Shown in pieces: positions 45,901 to 46,969 of a DNA stretch of 46,969 nucleotides. Origin of the DNA: Candidatus Dojkabacteria bacterium. GTDB taxonomy: Bacteria > Patescibacteriota > Dojkabacteria > JAHIVN01. The notes below the pieces were generated by a model, which saw only the letters and a program-made list of their open reading frames with translations, was not told the origin of the DNA and made no database searches. Numbering within the stretch: position 1 is the stretch's first letter; every line of letters begins with the position of its first letter. The stretch lies in contig JAQVGX010000001.1 of NCBI GenBank assembly GCA_028696515.1, positions 1-46,969 on the forward strand, read 5' to 3'. The position numbers and the translations under genes were made by a program.

Positions 45901-46545
45901 ATGTCAATCGGAACTGCTCTTGAAGATGTAAATTCTGACGGTCTAGTCCTTCTGTTCGTCAACCTTACCTGGTACCAACCAGAAAGCACTAGACTAAAAC
46001 TTGAAAAAATAATCGCTGAATATGAAGACGGAAATCTTGACATAATTGACAATCTCACGGTTACCCAAAAGCTAAGTGCCGACGTCGCATCCTTCAAATC
46101 TGTCACTATCAATGATCTAGTAGTTGATAATCGATTAAAGGTAGCTGGTTTACTGACAGCTTCAAATATTAGAACAGGCATCATTGAATCAATCAATACT
46201 TCTGATATCATAGTACGATTATCTGATCACCTTGGCTCCACTGCTTTTAGGATAGAAGATGAGAATGAGAAAATGATTTTTCAAATCGACAGCGCAGGGA
46301 AAATTCAACTAAAAGAAGATCCACAATCACCTTCGATAGGAGAAGGGACTATAACAAGTGGAAATGATCAAGTGAGAATCAGAACAAAGAGTGTCGGTGA
46401 CAATTCAAGAATCTTCATTACTCCTACTGTAACAACCGATAAACAGCTTTCAGTCACCGAGAAGGCCTCTGATGATTATTTCTTGGTAACAATATCATCC
46501 CCAGTGGACTATGATATTACCTTCGATTGGTGGATTATCAATTAA
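42952..46545 (+). CDS. Membrane-anchored tail-fibre-like protein, paralogue 2, with a 7-blade Kelch-like beta-propeller insert
   Basis: I prefer ATG 42952 (MKEQSTNNK...) because it matches the paralogue 3 start; the track uses GTG 42925. TM LIIIAGLVVLVLILALLL. LPETGE at 43219-43233. GDTM(T/L)G three times, NADLLDGYHAADF, GNVGIGTTNP. Seven W(T/S)G..(M/I/F)I.(W/L/F)(G/D)G blades. ADIAEYY...AGDVV...LIGVVSTNP...LAGRVPVKF. Ends DWWIIN. Confidence 0.85.
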   Translation: MKEQSTNNKLIIIAGLVVLVLILALLLKQPITSLVNPSAQDDSSSDIEGTQSRTVTEYITELKEGKPSTFTPKIEVLGDVIYEDYSTTTLPETGETTIDDIWVNTTGDTMTGNLSITKDGTLVLPRIESLIFNSSTLGDTNSASDSGAFLIGAFDEFTNSDNTNVQAILDDLDKAISDLESSIPSITESDPIFSASPAASITNTYISHWNAAYSWGDHALIGYLTSESDPVWTAAEPSYFNRTQNETVTGIPSFNGGLSGSTAPFTVDSTYMISNLNADLLDGYHAADFMGGGIDLWIDETGDTMLGDLILSGADINIGTNNLITGSNSLSSSELDILDSGINFSELSGTLGDTQISVGAVDLDTTEVAGILPIANGGTNASSYTTNEFLWYNGTRIVSSGYDQNDFMPAVTDNWVDEAGDTMTGTLIFSGVATDITTAGGEAITISAPGAGHIILDAGTGNVGIGTTNPLATLDLQGDGIIRGDLVIRETTPDTEAWDSISTINAPLARDSHSAVWTGSEMIIWGGRYSSGAYNTGGIYDPETDSWTATTTTAAPTARQVHASIWSGSKMIILGGLSGGGSCLSSGGIYDPGTDSWTATSTTGAPTDISDKTTIWTGNKFIVWGGVCSDLNTGSIYDPILDTWTSISTSGAPTARSGHTVVWTGKKMIVWGGISGINYLNSGGMYDPETDTWTTITTTGAPSARAVPELVWTGDKVIVFDGFNYNFNPSSPSWGGIYDPETNSWLSVSFGSGRESGAVVWTGNRMTRWGGMTATPATVSGTGVIYDIETNSLVSMLDVGDPSARYAHTAIWTGNQIIIWGGNTSYGYLNDGGIYTSPTEKGGKLYVQGEATIDDNLFVSKTITAGGIHSEGGADIAEYYPTIDPSIEAGDVVSISDNTQIEKSNTLYGSKLIGVVSTNPGVTLSSKETNPSSKEYRLVALAGRVPVKFTTENGTVKGGDYLVSSSTPGTAMSACGPKYCMSGMSIGTALEDVNSDGLVLLFVNLTWYQPESTRLKLEKIIAEYEDGNLDIIDNLTVTQKLSADVASFKSVTINDLVVDNRLKVAGLLTASNIRTGIIESINTSDIIVRLSDHLGSTAFRIEDENEKMIFQIDSAGKIQLKEDPQSPSIGEGTITSGNDQVRIRTKSVGDNSRIFITPTVTTDKQLSVTEKASDDYFLVTISSPVDYDITFDWWIIN

Positions 46546-46638
46546 TCAGTATGCGTCTCAATCCTAAACAAAGCTAGCGTGATGTTAAGCACCTGTTTAT
46601 ATTCTTATATGTTAATGTACTAAACCTATACAATTACT

Positions 46639-46667
46639 TTGCAGTTTCAGAACATAAACTTTATAAT
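46639..46667 (+). promoter_or_regulatory. Sigma70-like promoter of paralogue 3
   Basis: TTGCAG (46639-46644), 17-nt spacer, perfect TATAAT (46662-46667), 48 nt before ATG 46715. Confidence 0.35.
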
Positions 46668-46714
46668 GAGTATTAATATATCACAGAGAGTATAGATTTT
46701 GTTTAACCTCCTTC

Positions 46715-46969
46715 ATGAAGGAACAGAATAAAGGCAACAACCTCATATTTTTGGCAGGATTGATCGTTCTCGTCATTATACTGGCACTGCTTCTAAAACA
46801 ACCAATTGCATCCCTTGTTAACCCCTCCTCAAATGATACTTCTACTTCTGACGTAGAAGGCGCTCAAGGCAAAACAATTACAGATTATATTACTGAACTT
46901 AAGGACGGAAGAGTTTCTACTTTTACTCCAAAAATAGAGGTTTTGGGAGATATCATTTATGAAGATTAT
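46715..46969 (+). CDS. Membrane-anchored tail-fibre-like protein, paralogue 3 (3' end cut by window edge)
   Basis: Not in the ORF track because no stop is reached. The translation MKEQNKGNNLIFLAGLIVLVIILALLLKQPIASLVNPSS...TDYITELKDGRVSTFTPKIEVLGDIIYEDY is roughly 75% identical by eye to the N-terminus of paralogue 2. Confidence 0.8.
   Translation, partial: MKEQNKGNNLIFLAGLIVLVIILALLLKQPIASLVNPSSNDTSTSDVEGAQGKTITDYITELKDGRVSTFTPKIEVLGDIIYEDY

Noticed and set aside
39524-46969. Prophage tail module
   Set aside because: Tail-fibre-like motifs are present, but each protein starts with a TM anchor. The genes are tandem paralogues with their own promoters. No capsid, portal, terminase, tube, baseplate, lysis or integrase genes are visible within 25 kb upstream. 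The downstream side is beyond the window and remains untested.
1-46969. Alternative genetic code (UGA recoding), as in some small-genome candidate phyla
   Set aside because: Recognisable genes end cleanly on TAA, TAG and also TGA (for example the SDR gene at 8505-8507). Conserved proteins such as AhcY and AlaRS are full length under the standard code.

Overview
AT-rich ~47 kb chromosomal window. Genes are tightly packed, mostly on the + strand, and use the standard code (TAA, TAG and TGA each end recognisable genes). I recognised no rRNA, tRNA, CRISPR array, transposase or integrase. Bases 1-26500 carry small-genome housekeeping and accessory genes. These are a TrmB-like regulator with an ABC-2 exporter (ATPase plus 2 permeases), a HAD hydrolase, a monomeric PheRS-like class II synthetase, an SDR, CutA, a PfkB kinase-AhcY pair and a TSUP permease. 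The same stretch also holds a second, orphan ABC ATPase, a Lon-derived AAA+ ATPase with no protease domain, DedA, a short AlaRS and an ACT-less prephenate dehydratase. More than half of the window encodes very large secreted or surface proteins. (1) A ~1540-aa repeat protein (14145-18778) split by a 1-nt frameshift. (2) A beta-propeller LPETG protein (22096-23703, minus strand). (3) An 8.8-kb ORF (26637-35435) with delta-60 repeats, 12 FG-GAP repeats, a CSLREA beta-helix, Myxococcus-type Cys-rich repeats and a C-terminal LPETG signal; it also has an internal TM hairpin that looks like a second signal peptide. (4) A frameshifted paralogue of its C-terminal half (35461-38018). (5) A tandem family of at least three N-terminally membrane-anchored proteins built from phage tail-fibre-like modules (39524 to the window end). 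My best candidate for an undescribed system is this surface island. It combines membrane-anchored tail-fibre-like proteins that have swappable central modules and a conserved LPxTGE motif just outside the N-terminal anchor with neighbouring C-terminal LPXTG giants. The gene content (truncated aaRS, huge adhesins, few biosynthetic genes) suggests an uncultivated small-genome, possibly episymbiotic (CPR/Patescibacteria-like) bacterium, but that is inference only.
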